Shown piece by piece: positions 52,239 through 64,000 of a stretch of DNA of 64,000 bases. Source of the stretch: Eledone cirrhosa (lineage: Eukaryota). Position 1 is the stretch's first letter. Every line of letters begins with the position of its first letter. The DNA lies in contig OZ024746.1 in NCBI GenBank assembly GCA_964016885.1, positions 102,300,001 to 102,364,000 on the forward strand, given 5' to 3'. Position numbers and translations under genes: made by a program. A model generated the notes under the pieces. It worked only from the letters and a program-made list of their open reading frames with translations, did no database searches and had not been told where the DNA came from.

Positions 52239-54241
52239 TCATAACGGTACGCGATGGGACCCACCCACAGCCCCGGCGGACAGAATGGAGAAGGCGTTTC
52301 CCCGGAGCACGGCAAGGGAGACGCGCTGGAAAAGCCACTCCAACTCGCGGGGCTCACACCTGCGGCTGGCCAGCTCAGCGCCTATGGTGGTGAGTAAGGA
52401 GGTAGCCCTGGGGCCGAGGACACCAGAAGTCTCCACTTCCAGGGGTACGACCGCAAACCTGTCGGAGAGTGAACGATATGTGAGGAGTTTGGCCCCCTCA
52501 GCCTGACGTGCAGCAGAACCTGGGCCAGTCGCAGACTGCACCAGGTTGCGGCTGCAGAAAGTGTCGGTGCAAGTGGCATCCCAGACGAGGGGTTTGCCAC
52601 CGCGGAACGGGAAGATGGTCATGCCATCTAGCCTTTTGCCGTCCCCTCGAGCTGGGAAGGGAAGCCTGCAGCGTCCAAGCCATGCTTAATGACTTCGTTG
52701 AGGGCAGCATGGCGTGGATTGCGGGTGGAGGCCGAAAGAGTCCATGGTGGAACGGCAGCGACATTGGTGTGAGGCCGAGCCTCAGGGAAACGCCGATGCG
52801 CAAGCTATTGTTGTCTAGCTGCGTGCGAGTGGAGAAGGAGGGCAGGGCATGGAGCCAGGCCCCACTGTGGGGTTTGGAGGCTGCACGAAAACAAACAAGG
52901 CGGTGCTGGTCGAGCTGGCACGTGAGCCTGTCTGAGGCCAGGCTGCACTGGATGGCATCCCAAGTGTGTTGGGGGGGACTTGACGTCAACAGGGGGAGAA
53001 GGAGGAGGAACGTCTACTGGGCTAAGTCCCAGCCGGTCCCACGTCTCACAGGCGGCCACGCGTTCTCTGAACACAGAGGGTTCTGTTGTGTTTTGAAGAA
53101 CCCTGCTGAGGAGGACGTGGTACGAGGTTACCGACGAAAGATATGCCGGCAAAGCTAGTGAGATCGGGGACTGGAGGCGAAGGCCGCCATACCTGACAGG
53201 TAAAGTTGCATATCTCATCGGCTGCTGCTCGGATACAAGTTTAGGTGTAGCACAGAGTGTATAGAGGAGCTTCGGCATGGCGTAGCAGTTCCTCAGCAGA
53301 AAGAGAACTGGGTGGCCATCAATCAAGCCCAGTCGGCTCGTGAGAGTCTGGACTTGATGGAGGAGCGGATGGCCGGCGGGTGGATCGGTGAGGGCATCCT
53401 CTTTGGGGGGTCACCTGAACCTGGCGGAGAATGGACCGCACGTCCAAGACGGAGACTGCAAAGCTTGCAGCATCGAGGCTGACATTCACCACCTCCGACT
53501 TGGCTGAGTTGACCTGGAGGTCGATTCCCGCCAGGGCAGGAACCACCGATTGAAGGTCATGGCAGACCGCCTGTACGGGCCCACCCAAAGTAGCATCATC
53601 CAGATACCAAACGTTGAGAGGGGCCGTTATACTCCAGGCGATGTGGTCAATACCAAGGGTGAACAGGAGGGGTCCCAAAGGGTTGCCCTGTTGGATCCCA
53701 GTAGCCAAGGGTATGACCGTATCAGCAGCATGGCGCATGCTTGGGGCTCCATATGACAGGTAGGCAGAGGGGGCTCGGCTGAGGCAGGCCTCGAGCAGAT
53801 GATCCCAGCGTAAAGAGTTGAAGGCATTCCTCATGTCAAACTTGACAATGAGGTGGCTGGAGGCCCTGGATGCCGGTTCCGAGTGTTACGGACTTGCAGA
53901 TTACCTTGGCAGCCAGCCTCCGGAAGACATTGCCCACAGCAATGGGGCGTATGCCATCCTCTTTCTTCCTGAGAGCGGTGAGGCTGGCCGAAAAAAAGAG
54001 GCCTCGAGCATAAGAGTCCAGGGCGCCATGGATGAGCCTATTGGTGAGCGCCACAATTGCACTCAGAAGGCGGCGCCCGGCCTCAGCGGAGAGGGGAGAT
54101 ATCAACTCCTTGAGGAGGCCTGGTCAGAGACCATCAACATCTCCGCAGCTGCTAGCTGGGAAGGACCTGATGGCGGACATGATGTCTGCATCAGAAGCCA
54201 CAACGAGCAAGTGTGGATTACAATACAAAACCTCTGAGAAT
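52239..54241 (-). mobile_element. Degraded CRE-clade retrotransposon, array copy 4
   Basis: Same motifs and lesions as copy 2. Confidence 0.9.
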
Positions 54242-56270
54242 GATTTCTAAGATATTTCACCATAATTAATTTTCATCAATATATATTAATATTATTATTG
54301 TTTATTAGGTCAGGTGGATTGGCCAGAACAATTCTACTCTTCTTTTTTAGATGTCACGATTTTTCATGGCATTCCTGAGATCATTAATCTCCAGCTGGAG
54401 ATCCAGAGACATCTGATGTATGTAGGTGAACCTCAGTCATCCCACTTGGCTCTTACTATGTTTAGGTATCAACCACAGGAGCCAGCTCATCAGGTCATCC
54501 TACCCTCAGCAGCAATGTCCAGCATCTATTGATTTCCGCTCCCTAGTTATTGTGGTAATCTTCGATATCTGGGAATATATTTCTTCTGCTTAAGGGAGTA
54601 ATAAATATATAGTTTTAAAAAAAACATATATATACACACACATATATATATGTTGTCATTTATAAGAGTTCTCTATCAAAAGCCTTCTCTATGTCCAAAG
54701 CTAAGTATAGTGGCTTATTTTTCTCTAAGAACCTCTTTTGTAGTTGTCTCACTAAGAAGAGGGCATCTGTTGCACTTTTCAGCGGCACAAAACCAAACTG
54801 CATCTCATACACATACATACATATACATACATACATACATATACACATACATACATACATCATCATCATCATCATCATCATCATTTCGTTTTAAGTCCGC
54901 TTTTTCCCTGCTTGCAAATGTGGGACGGGAACTGATTCTGGCTTGATTTCTACAGCTGGATGCCCTTCCTAACACCAACCTCATTTACAGTGAGTGCTGA
55001 GTGCTTTTTTGCCGTGGCACCTCCACGACCACTTTGCAGTGGAATGATATGGACCCCAGTCCCTATCATCTCATTTCTACAGCTGAGTAAACTGGAGCAA
55101 TGTGAAATAAAGTGTCTTGCTCAAGGAAACAACACATCACCCGGTCTGAGAATTGAACTCACAACCTTTCGATTGCCAGGCCAATGCTCGAACCACTAAG
55201 CCATGTGCCTCCATATACATATACATATACATACACATACATATACATACATATATATATACATACATACATATATACACATACATACATACACATACAT
55301 ACACATATACATACATATATATACATACATACACATACATAGATATATATATATACATAATATAAATATACACACATACACATACATAAGCATATACACA
55401 TAAGTATATATACATATACACACGTATATATACATATACATACATACATATATACACATACATACATATATACATACATACACACATATACATACATATA
55501 TACATATACACATACATACATATACATACATATACACATACATACATATATATATATACATACACACACATATATACATACACACACATATATACAAACA
55601 CATACATATACACATATATACACATACATACACATACATATACATACATATACACATATACACTCATATATACATATACATACATACACACACATACATA
55701 CATATATACATATACATACATAAAGACAAATCCACCTCATGGACGAGAATGCAAGGGCTCCTCCTCTTTGTTTCGGCCGCGGATGGCTAACCCTAACCCC
55801 ATCCCCGCTCCCCACTGCTCCCAACCTCCAAACGCAATCCAAAACTTCAGAGTTAGTACCATTAATGTAGGCACCTTATAGGGTGGCTCTAACGAGGTTG
55901 TAGAAATGCTTGAACGTAAGGAGGTCGATGTTTGTTGTATTCAAGAGACCAGGTGGAGGGGTGGGTCTGCTAGATTCATCGTGGGTAAAGAACGATGCTA
56001 TACGCTTTTCTGTGTGGCAAATGACAATGGGCTGGGTATACACATACCACCCCACCGCCCCACCGCAAAGTGGTCGTGGAGGGGCCGCGGCCAAAAAGCA
56101 CCCAGCCCACACTGTAAAGCTGACGTGGAGGTGCCACGGAAAAAAAAAAGCACCCAGCACTCACTGCAAACGGGGTTGGCGTCAGGAAGGGCACCCAGCT
56201 GTAGAAACCAATCCAGAATCAGCTCCCACCCCACCCTTGCAAGCATGGAAAAGCGGACGTATGATGAAGT

Positions 56271-56311
<41 letters not shown>

Positions 56312-57052
56312 TATATATATACACATATATATATACACACATATATATCAGTGTACATATATATATACATATATATATATATATAAATGAATATTTATTC
56401 AATTTAAAGCGCCAATTATCTATATATAACAAGATATGAATTTTTCTAGGGATGGGGAAATTTTCAGTTTGTTTTTATATTTTCACTTCATTTTTTACTT
56501 TCTATTTAATACAGTCTTTGATCCAATATAATCCTGACAGTATTTGAACCAGTTTACCTCATATATATGTATGCACACACAACACTCAAGTTTCGCCATC
56601 TACTGCTATTTCATTCATATTTATTGTTTAATTAACTCTGGTCTAATTCATCAACTATTGTTAATTATATTATTACGTAGATTTCTTATAAAATCTAGTG
56701 CATATATACGTGTATATATACAGGGAGACACTGTAATAGATGTAAAGAGAGTGGGAGATAGAGTTATAGAAGTAAAGAGAGGGGGAGAAATAAGCGGTAG
56801 ATAGAGTAATAGATGTAAAGAGAGGGTTAGAACGTTCAACTTGACAGTCAGTACAATGTTCAGTATGGTAGCCAGTACATATGCCAACTACCCAACCGGC
56901 CAGCCAGCCGCATATGCGGTTGACTGGCCAGTTGGGCGGTTGGTATGTGGAACGTTCAACTACGCAGTCAGTACCAAAGTTCAACATTGTAGCCAGTGCA
57001 TATGCCGATCGCCGCGCCCTCTTTGCTCTATTTTAATGACCTGGAACTAAGT

Positions 57053-57165
57053 AAAAAGAGTAGGAGATAACTCGACAAGAGCGGAGAGGGTGAGATTCGA
57101 ACCATGTAAAGTCGTTGGCTCCTGAAGTTCGTAAGCGGGGCTGCTACTGACTGAGCAGCGCCGGC
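57053..57165 (-). ncRNA. Candidate Pol III unit, array copy 5
   Basis: Same cassette. Confidence 0.4.
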
Positions 57166-58116
57166 AGCAAGGCAAATCGCGCATAAAATAACGCTTATAT
57201 CGACAAAAAAAAAAAAAAATTTCAATGTTGCACTCTTGTTTGTTGTTCTTTTATTTTACGTAAACATTTCGCTGCTCTAGCCTCTTATTTCCTATTAGAT
57301 TACACTTAATTCCATTAAACATTCATTCTTAGTCTCGTGGTAAACTATTTCATCTATATTTATATCGCTGTTACAGCCTTTTATTTCTACATCTATCACC
57401 TATAGCCACTGTTACGCCGGTAGTATAAGTAGCTTTATAACAAGAAACGATGATATAACTCCACAAAATGTCTTCTTCAGCAAGACACTTCACTTCATAT
57501 TGCTCCAGTACACCGAGTTACACATAGACAGATACATACATACATACACAGATAGAAATGAGAGGTAGATAGAGTAAAAGATTTAAAGAGAGGGTGAGAG
57601 TGTGACACACATTTATCTGTCTATCTCTCTCTATTTTAACACCGGTCGTTATAATTAGTTTTATAACACCGCTATATTACCGACATGAAAGAGGTAAATA
57701 ATTATTTCTTAAATGTTTAGAACATGTTTCTCTTGTCTTCTTAAATGTATAGAACATGTTTCTTATTTATATTCTTAACATAGCTAGGACCTTATCTCAT
57801 TTACTGGTCTCTACTTTTAGGGCTTTGCTGGTCCCATGTGCCCTCCATGAAGACACACTCGCCCCTTCTCTCTCAGTCTCCGTACTAATTACTACACATA
57901 CGTATATATATTTATTTTAAGAAACCTTAATGACAAATAATATAAAGTGTTTGTAAAGTGGGGAAGAGTAGTTTTACGGTGGGGTTGTTATATAGATATC
58001 GTTTTTGCAGTGGGGTCGTGACTGGCGTATAATAATGAGTCACTGTTGATGTATATACAAATCATGTTCTGGATATAAGTGAAGTTATTTAAGAGATTTA
58101 GTTGTTTTGTATACAT

Positions 58117-60119
58117 TCATAACGGTACGCGATGGGACCCACCCACAGCCCCGGCGGACAGAATGGAGAAGGCGTTTCCCCGGAGCACGGCAAGGGAGAC
58201 GCGCTGGAAAAGCCACTCCAACTCGCGGGGCTCACACCTGCGGCTGGCCAGCTCAGCGCCTATGGTGGTGAGTAAGGAGGTAGCCCTGGGGCCGAGGACA
58301 CCAGAAGTCTCCACTTCCAGGGGTACGACCGCAAACCTGTCGGAGAGTGAACAATATGTGAGGAGTTTGGCCCCCTCAGCCTGACGTGCAGCAGAACCTG
58401 GGCCAGTCGCAGACTGCACCAGGTTGCGGCTGCAGAAAGTGTCGGTGCAAGTGGCATCCCAGACGAGGGGTTTGCCACCGCGGAACGGGAAGATGGTCAT
58501 GCCATCTAGCCTTTTGCCGTCCCCTCGAGCTGGGAAGGGAAGCCTGCAGCGTCCAAGCCATGCTTAATGACTTCGTTGAGGGCAGCATGGCGTGGATTGC
58601 GGGTGGAGTCCGAAAGAGTCCATGGTGGAACGGCAGCGACATTGGTGTGAGGCCGAGCCTCAGGGAAACGCCGATGCGCAAGCTATTGTTGTCTAGCTGC
58701 GTGCGAGTGGAGAAGGAGGGCAGGGCATGGAGCCAGGCCCCACTGTGGGGTTTGGAGGCTGCACGAAAACAAACAAGGCGGTGCTGGTCGAGCTGGCACG
58801 TGAGCCTGTCTGAGGCCAGGCTGCACTGGATGGCATCCCAAGTGTGTTGGGGGGGACTTGACGTCAACAGGGGGAGAAGGAGGAGGAACGTCTACTGGGC
58901 TAAGTCCCAGCCGGTCCCACGTCTCACAGGCGGCCACGCGTTCTCTGAACACAGAGGGTTCTGTTGTGTTTTGAAGAACCCTGCTGAAGAGGACGTGGTA
59001 CGAGGTTACCGACGAAAGATATGCCGGCAAAGCTAGTGAGATCGGGGACTGGAGGCGAAGGCCGCCATACCTGACAGGTAAAGTTGCATATCTCATCGGC
59101 TGCTGCTCGGATACAAGTTTAGGTGTAGCACAGAGTGTATAGAGGAGCTTCGGCATGGCGTAGCAGTTCCTCAGCAGAAAGAGAACTGGGTGGCCATCAA
59201 TCAAGCCCAGTCGGCTCGTGAGAGTCTGGACTTGATGGAGGAGCGGATGGCCGGCGGGTGGATCGGTGAGGGCATCCTCTTTGGGGGGTCACCTGAACCT
59301 GGCGGAGAATGGACCGCACGTCCAAGACGGAGACTGCAAAGCTTGCAGCATCGAGGCTGACATTCACCACCTCCGACTTGGCTGAGTTGACCTGGAGGTC
59401 GATTCCCGCCAGGGCAGGAACCACCGATTGAAGGTCATGGCAGACCGCCTGTACGGGCCCACCCAAAGTAGCATCATCCAGATACCAAACGTTGAGAGGG
59501 GCCGTTATACTCCAGGCGATGTGGTCAATACCAAGGGTGAACAGGAGGGGTCCCAAAGGGTTGCCCTGTTGGATCCCAGTAGCCAAGGGTATGACCGTAT
59601 CAGCAGCATGGCGCATGCTTGGGGCTCCATATGACAGGTAGGCAGAGGGGGCTCGGCTGAGGCAGGCCTCGAGCAGATGATCCCAGCGTAAAGAGTTGAA
59701 GGCATTCCTCATGTCAAACTTGACAATGAGGTGGCTGGAGGCCCTGGATGCCGGTTCCGAGTGTTACGGACTTGCAGATTACCTTGGCAGCCAGCCTCCG
59801 GAAGACATTGCCCACAGCAATGGGGCGTATGCCATCCTCTTTCTTCCTGAGAGCGGTGAGGCTGGCCGAAAAAAAGAGGCCTCGAGCATAAGAGTCCAGG
59901 GCGCCATGGATGAGCCTATTGGTGAGCGCCACAATTGCACTCAGAAGGCGGCGCCCGGCCTCAGCGGAGAGGGGAGATATCAACTCCTTGAGGAGGCCTG
60001 GTCAGAGACCATCAACATCTCCGCAGCTGCTAGCTGGGAAGGACCTGATGGCGGACATGATGTCTGCATCAGAAGCCACAAGGAGCAAGTGTGGATTACA
60101 ATACAAAACCTCTGAGAAT
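58117..60119 (-). mobile_element. Degraded CRE-clade retrotransposon, array copy 5
   Basis: Same motifs and lesions as copy 2. Confidence 0.9.
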
Positions 60120-62076
60120 GATTTCTAAGATATTTCACCATAATTAATTTTCATCAATATATATTAATATTATTATTGTTTATTAGGTCAGGTGGATTGG
60201 CCAGAACAATTCTACTCTTCTTTTTTAGATGTCACGATTTTTCATGGCATTCCTGAGATCATTAATCTCCAGCTGGAGATCCAGAGACATCTGATGTATG
60301 TAGGTGAACCTCAGTCATCCCACTTGGCTCTTACTATGTTTAGGTATCAACCACAGGAGCCAGCTCATCAGGTCATCCTACCCTCAGCAGCAATGTCCAG
60401 CATCTATTGATTTCCGCTCCCTAGTTATTGTGGTAATCTTCGATATCTGGGAATATATTTCTTCTGCTTAAGGGAGTAATAAATATATAGTTTTAAAAAA
60501 AACATATATATACACACACATATATATATGTTGTCATTTATAAGAGTTCTCTATCAAAAGCCTTCTCTATGTCCAAAGCTAAGTATAGTGGCTTATTTTT
60601 CTCTAAGAACCTCTTTTGTAGTTGTCTCACTAAGAAGAGGGCATCTGTTGCACTTTTCAGCGGCACAAAACCAAACTGCATCTCATACACATACATACAT
60701 ATACATACATACATACATATACACATACATACATACATCATCATCATCATCATCATCATCATTTCGTTTTAAGTCCGCTTTTTCCCTGCTTGCAAATGTG
60801 GGACGGGAACTGATTCTGGCTTGATTTCTACAGCTGGATGCCCTTCCTAACACCAACCTCATTTACAGTGAGTGCTGAGTGCTTTTTTGCCGTGGCACCT
60901 CCACGACCACTTTGCAGTGGAATGATATGGACCCCAGTCCCTATCATCTCATTTCTACAGCTGAGTAAACTGGAGCAATGTGAAATAAAGTGTCTTGCTC
61001 AAGGAAACAACACATCACCCGGTCTGAGAATTGAACTCACAACCTTTCGATTGCCAGGCCAATGCTCGAACCACTAAGCCATGTGCCTCCATATACATAT
61101 ACATATACATACACATACATATACATATACATACATATATATACATACATACACATACATAGATATATATATATACATAATATAAATATACATACATACA
61201 CATACATAAGCATATACACATAAGTATATATACATATACACACGTATATATACATATACATACATACATATATACACATACATACATATATACATACATA
61301 CACACATATACATACACATACATACATATACATACATATACACATACATACATATATATATATACGTACACACACATATATACATACACACACATATATA
61401 CAAACACATACATATACACATATATACACATACATACACATACATATACATACATATACACATATACACTCATATATACATATACATACATACACACACA
61501 TACATACATATATACATATACATACATAGAGACAAATCCACCTCATGGACGAGAATGCAAGGGCTCCTCCTCTTTGTTTCGGCCGCGGATGGCTAACCCT
61601 AACCCCATCCCCGCTCCCCACCGCTCCCAACCTCCAAACGCAATCCAAAACTTCAGAGTTGGTACCATTAATGTAGGCACCTTATAGGGTGGCTCTAACG
61701 AGGTTGTAGAAATGCTTGAACGTAAGGAGGTCGATGTTTGTTGTATTCAAGAGACCAGGTGGAGGGGTGGGTCTGCTAGATTCATCGTGGGTAAAGAACG
61801 ATGCTATAAGCTTTTCTGTGTGGCAAATGACAATGGGCTGGGTATACACATACCACCCCACCACCCCACCGCAAAGTGGTCGTGGAGGCGCCGCGGCAAA
61901 AAAGCACCCAGCCCACACTGTAAAGCTGACGTGGAGGTGCCACGGAAAAAAAAAAGCACCCAGCACTCACTGCAAACGGGGTTGGCGTCAGGAAGGGCAC
62001 CCAGCTGTAGAAACCAATCCAGAATCAGCTCCCACCCCACCCTTGCAAGCATGGAAAAGCGGACGTATGATGAAGT

Positions 62077-62121
<45 letters not shown>

Positions 62122-62862
62122 TATATATATACACATATATATATACACACATATATATCAGTGTACATATATATATACATATATATATATATATAAATGA
62201 ATATTTATTCAATTTAAAGCGCCAATTATCTATATATAACAAGATATGAATTTTTCTAGGGATGGGGAAATTTTCAGTTTGTTTTTATATTTTCACTTCA
62301 TTTTTTACTTTCTATTTAATACAGTCTTTGATCCAATATAATCCTGACAGTATTTGAACCAGTTTACCTCATATATATGTATGCACACACAACACTCAAG
62401 TTTCGCCATCTACTGCTATTTCATTCATATTTATTGTTTAATTAACTCTGGTCTAATTCATCAACTATTGTTAATTATATTATTACGTAGATTTCTTATA
62501 AAATCTAGTGCATATATACGTGTATATATACAGGGAGACACTGTAATAGATGTAAAGAGAGTGGGAGATAGAGTTATAGAAGTAAAGAGAGGGGGAGAAA
62601 TAAGCGGTAGATAGAGTAATAGATGTAAAGAGAGGGTTAGAACGTTCAACTTGACAGTCAGTACAATGTTCAGCATGGTAGCCAGTACATATGCCAACTA
62701 CCCAACCGGCCAGCCAGCCGCATATGCGGTTGACTGGCCAGTTGGGCGGTTGGTATGTGGAACGTTCAACTACGCAGTCAGTACCAAAGTTCAACATTGT
62801 AGCCAGTGCATATGCCGATCGCCGCGCCCTCTTTGCTCTATTTTAATGACCTGGAACTAAGT

Positions 62863-62975
62863 AAAAAGAGTAGGAGATAACTCGACAAGAGCGGAGAGGG
62901 TGAGATTCGAACCATGTAAAGTCGTTGGCTCCTGAAGTTCGTAAGCGGGGCTGCTACTGACTGAGCAGCGCCGGC
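62863..62975 (-). ncRNA. Candidate Pol III unit, array copy 6
   Basis: Same cassette. Confidence 0.4.
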
Positions 62976-64000
62976 AGCAAGGCAAATCGCGCATAAAATA
63001 ACGCTTATATCGACAAAAAAAAAAAAAAAATTTCAATGTTGCACTCTTGTTTGTTGTTCTTTTATTTTACGTAAACATTTCGCTGCTCTAGCCTCTTATT
63101 TCCTATTAGATTACACTTAATTCCATTAAACATTCATTCTTAGTCTCGTGGTAAACTATTTCATCTATATTTATATCGCTGTTACAGCCTTTTATTTCTA
63201 CATCTATCACCTATAGCCACTGTTACGCCGGTAGTATAAGTAGCTTTATAACAAGAAACGATGATATAACTCCACAAAATGTCTTCTTCAGCAAGACACT
63301 TCACTTCATATTGCTCCAGTACACCGAGTTACACATAGACAGATACATACATACATACACAGATAGAAATGAGAGGTAGATAGAGTAAAAGATTTAAAGA
63401 GAGTGTGAGAAGTACGAGTTAGATAGTGTAAAAGATTTAAAGAGAGGGTGAGAGTGTGACACACATTTATCTGTCTATCTCTCTCTATTTTAACACCGGT
63501 CGTTATAATTAGTTTTATAACACCGCTATATTACCGACATGAAAGAGGTAAATAATTATTTCTTAAATGTTTAGAACATGTTTCTCTTGTCTTCTTAAAT
63601 GTATAGAACATGTTTCTTATTTATATTCTTAACATAGCTAGGACCTTATCTCATTTACTGGTCTCTACTTTTAGGACTTTGCTGGTCCCATGTGCCCTCC
63701 ATGAAGACACACTCGCCCCTTCTCTCTCAGTCTCCGTACTAATTACTACACATACGTATATATATTTATTTTAAGAAACCTTAATGACAAATAATATAAA
63801 GTGTTTGTAAAGTGGGGAAGAGTAGTTTTACGGTGGGGTTGTTATATAGATATCGTTTTTGCAGTGGGGTCGTGACTGGCGTATAATAATGAGTCACTGT
63901 TGATGTATATACAAATCATGTTTTGGATATAAGTGAAGTTATTTAAGAGATTTAGTTGTTTTGTATACATTCATAACGGTACGCGATGGGACCCACCCAC

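Larger units (their letters stand above)
32398..64000. repeat. Macrosatellite: head-to-tail array of a 5.81-5.94 kb composite unit (5 full + 1 partial; continues beyond the window)
   Basis: Unit starts at 32398, 38338, 44188, 50003, 55933 and 61739. The same ORF set recurs at these offsets. Confidence 0.98.

Noticed and set aside
34619-60119. Tandem array of active site-specific retrotransposon insertions
   Set aside because: All CRE copies share truncation points, frameshifts and flanking debris, so they were copied passively with the unit.

Overview
Eukaryotic, repeat-dense window with no supportable host protein-coding gene. The RTE LINEs, CORE-like and Meta-domain tRNA SINEs and (TA/CA) microsatellites suggest an octopus/coleoid-type mollusc (inference). 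Layout: (1) 1-8.4 kb, decayed RTE LINE fragments, SINEs and minisatellites. (2) 8.4-14.0 kb, a solo diverged copy of a ~5.8-5.9 kb composite unit. (3) 14.7-23.8 kb, an 11-bp satellite (CTAAATCTAAG) with a ~3,977-bp higher-order duplication and a 186-bp insert in only one copy. (4) 23.8-26.6 and 31.3-32.4 kb, AT-rich palindromic elements with inward-facing tRNA-like heads. Among them sits a 310-bp hammerhead-ribozyme repeat (two tandem copies plus one inverted; retrozyme/Penelope-like). (5) 29.3-31.2 kb, a 5'-truncated RTE LINE with a PHD finger inside the RT. (6) 32.4-64 kb, a homogenised tandem array of the ~5.85 kb unit (5 full copies plus a partial one). Each unit holds a dead CRE-clade (RT plus RLE endonuclease) retrotransposon, RTE and SINE debris, and one ~370-bp CpG-rich structured island. 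The island comprises a 57-bp direct repeat, a 72-nt hairpin, a second repeat and stem, and an opposite-strand TATA/A-box/B-box/T5 Pol III-like cassette. It is the best candidate for an undescribed ncRNA unit carried by the array. All structures were read by eye; nothing was computed or searched.
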